64,000 bases of DNA from Azolla caroliniana (Eukaryota; Plantae; Polypodiophyta). The stretch covers positions 13,268,001 through 13,332,000 of the forward strand of contig JBHGNT010000008.1 in assembly GCA_043228905.1 (NCBI GenBank). Direction: 5' to 3'. Within the stretch, counting starts at the first letter, position 1. Each line of letters begins with the position of its first letter. Below the pieces are notes generated by a model that made no database searches, was not told the DNA's origin, and saw only the letters and a list, made by a program, of their open reading frames with translations. A program made the translations under genes and the position numbers. Shown here in pieces: positions 61,382 to 64,000 of the stretch.

Positions 61382-64000
61382 GCTCCAAATCTGATAGCAT
61401 ATCGATGTTGGTCTTCATCTTCTTGGTTAATAACCCGACCGATCCCGATTGGGCTAGTATCAACTGTTACTATAATTGGTCTTTCACCTTTGTAGTCTGG
61501 TTGACGAAGAACTGGTGCTTTCAGCAATGCTTCTTTCAGTTGTTGAACAACTTGTGTATGTTCATCAGTCCAAATAAACTTCTTTCCTTTTCTTAAAAGT
61601 TGGTAGAGAGGATCTGAGACATGTGCAAAGTGTGGTAACCAAATATGATAAAACACACATGCACCCAAAAATCTTCTCACCTCTGTTACCGAGTCGCAAA
61701 CTTCCTTCATATTTTGTATTGCGTTAATTTTGATTGGTGAAGGCTTCCTCCCATACCACCCACATATATGACCAACTATTAGAACTTCGTTTTGCCCAAA
61801 GCAAGACTTTGTTCCTAATAGTGTCAAATGTACCTGCTCAAGCATAACTTTCACAGTCATTAATGTGATCCATCACAAACTTTCTACAACCATTTCCAAC
61901 CATAGTCTCATCTTTCTCTCTTTCTAAGCATCCCTTAATAGGAATATCATCTAAAAATGGCATAGTTACCTTTGGGATGTATTCATGTAGAACTTTGTTC
62001 ATTGCATTCATCATATGAGCAACCGAATTCGTCGCACCTTGAGGTAGAGTGCACATTCGAACCAACCCAATTGGTGTTTTCATTGTTGTGATATTGCAAC
62101 TATCAATTGCTAGTTGAAATTGGTCGTATCTTAAATATAGGTCTCCCACAGAGTAAATCGCTCTTCCAGCAAACGCTTCCGCAAATTCATCAACGATCGG
62201 TCCGATTCCCGCATTTCGGATTGTGACTTTGTTGACTGGTTGTAGATCTTGAATGAATCTTAGAGAACCATCTTTCTTTGGAACTGTGAACCATCCATTG
62301 GAGTATGGTGCATTTGAAGGCTCTTAAATCTTCATCTTGACTTTATCCTTCAGCAGCTCCAACAATTGAGGTAATCGAGCTCTCGGTACTGCAATAGGTT
62401 TAAAATTCCAAGGAATATTACTATTGGCGTCACCACCTTTGGATTTACACAACCAATCTCCTCAGCTTTGAATGCGAACGCTTTCCCATGCCTAAAGATC
62501 ATTTCTTTGAAAGTCTCGATCTCTGATTGCAGAAGAAATTCACCCCTTCCGATTCTCAAGTTATTTATTGTCTCCGAAGTGAAGTGATGTCTGATCTTCT
62601 CTATTGGTCGAAGCATAGGCTCAGTTGTTGCTGCCTCCATCTTCTCTTCACTACCAATAGGTAATGGTACTACAGCAGGTTTGACCTTTTTATCTATTGT
62701 TTTGTATTTTGTATTACATAAACTTTCTACTTCTTCATATTTACAATTATACCTATCAATCTCATAATACATATCAATTGAGTTTACATGTATCTTTCAA
62801 ACATTCTCATCATCTTTCAAATACATTTCTAACTCTTCTAAAGTATTTGCAAAAGAAATTTCTTCCATAACACTTTCAATCTGCTCTTCCATTTCAAGTA
62901 CTCCATTATCCTTCAATGCCTGCTGAAACAGATTAGCATTCTTTTTCAAGTTCCTCTTGCATTCATACATCCTAGTCACACATATAGCACCACTTTCAGA
63001 AACATGAAATGACTTATTCATATGTTGTAATGCCCTATATGAGGGTCTTTTAATAATGGGACTATTGCAACCCTCACTCGCAACAGTCCTAGTCAAACAC
63101 CTGATTATCAAAATCATCACAGTCTTTTGGTATTGAATGATCACGAAGCTCTTGCTTGTTCCTCTCATGATTTGGGCGAACAGTCATAAATTGTACAGTT
63201 CATCGTCCATCTTGGCTACGGATTTTCGCATCGGCAGAACCATTGTCGAGGACTTTGGTCTCCATTCGTGCCGCTGTAATGTATGGTTGCCCCAGGATTA
63301 TTGGACAAGTAGATCCTTCCTACGCAAAGAAATGTTGATCTACCTCTATATCACCAATAGTAACCTTTACATTTGAGCTTGCACCAAATAAATCTTCCGT
63401 AACTGATGTGGCAGCTTTTACTCGCCAACCATGTTGAGTATCAATTGGCCATCTACCTTTCCTGTAAAAATCAGCACTCATTATATTTATTTCAAAACCA
63501 TGATCAATAAGTGCCATCACGGGGTCTGGAACATTTCCAATCTTCACATGATGCTCAGTAGTGGCTCTTGCCCAACATTTGCGAGAGTAATGGCTTCTTA
63601 CATCTGTTGAATTTATCATTGAGGTTGATGCATGTTGAGAGTCAACAACGATATTGTTTGACTCGTTGCTCACCACTTCATATGCCACCTTCGGATTTGT
63701 CTCTTTAACCTGCTCATTTACTTGCTTCTTTCTTCGCAAAATATCAATTATTTCATCATGAAATTCCTTTTTTGCAATACCTAACACTTCTCTTAGTGTA
63801 AATTCTACTCGACTGTCTAGTATTCTTGTTTCTAAAACTTTCTTTAAATCTGTATCCTTTTCAATATCAGACATTAATTTGAATGAAGGACCAGATTTAC
63901 CTTTTTCGACCTTTGTGTCCATCTCTTTTCTTTTGTTGTCTCTTGTCTCATGCTTTTTTGTTGAGCCAATCTCATCATCCGGCCTTTTCCTTTTTTCTTC

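Larger units (their letters stand above)
50083..64000 (-). mobile_element. Ty3/gypsy element: 3' LTR 50083-51157, pol extending past the window end, two nested insertions
   Basis: TGTCGTGA...TCATGACA; PPT GAGGGGGTGGA; PR (ALIDHG), RT (LPQGATNS, PFLDDI), RH (VDTS, KRELWG), INT (WAGHRG, CEVCQ, GDRGE, EANGKIERGH). Confidence 0.9.

Overview
Eukaryotic nuclear DNA from a land plant, probably a fern (inferred from a plastid atpH copy with unedited C-to-U sites and the retroelement types). It is almost entirely nested transposons: two near-complete Ty1/copia elements with LTR pairs and TSDs, several decayed copia pieces, a Tcn1-like chromovirus, two other Ty3/gypsy elements, a non-autonomous LTR element, and a large DNA transposon. 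The DNA transposon has a Sola2-like DDD transposase pseudogene and a spliced RING/FCP1-like cargo gene. The standout is a 6.5-kb segment inside the chromovirus carrying a six-exon antisense gene (~974 codons, one nonsense codon) that fuses a ParB/Srx-like domain to a bacterial-type beta-class amino (N6A/N4C) DNA methyltransferase. Its first intron holds nine 25-bp palindromes at a 51-bp period, suggesting a ParB/parS-like methylation module on mobile DNA. Family assignments come from motif recognition by eye; no database search was run.
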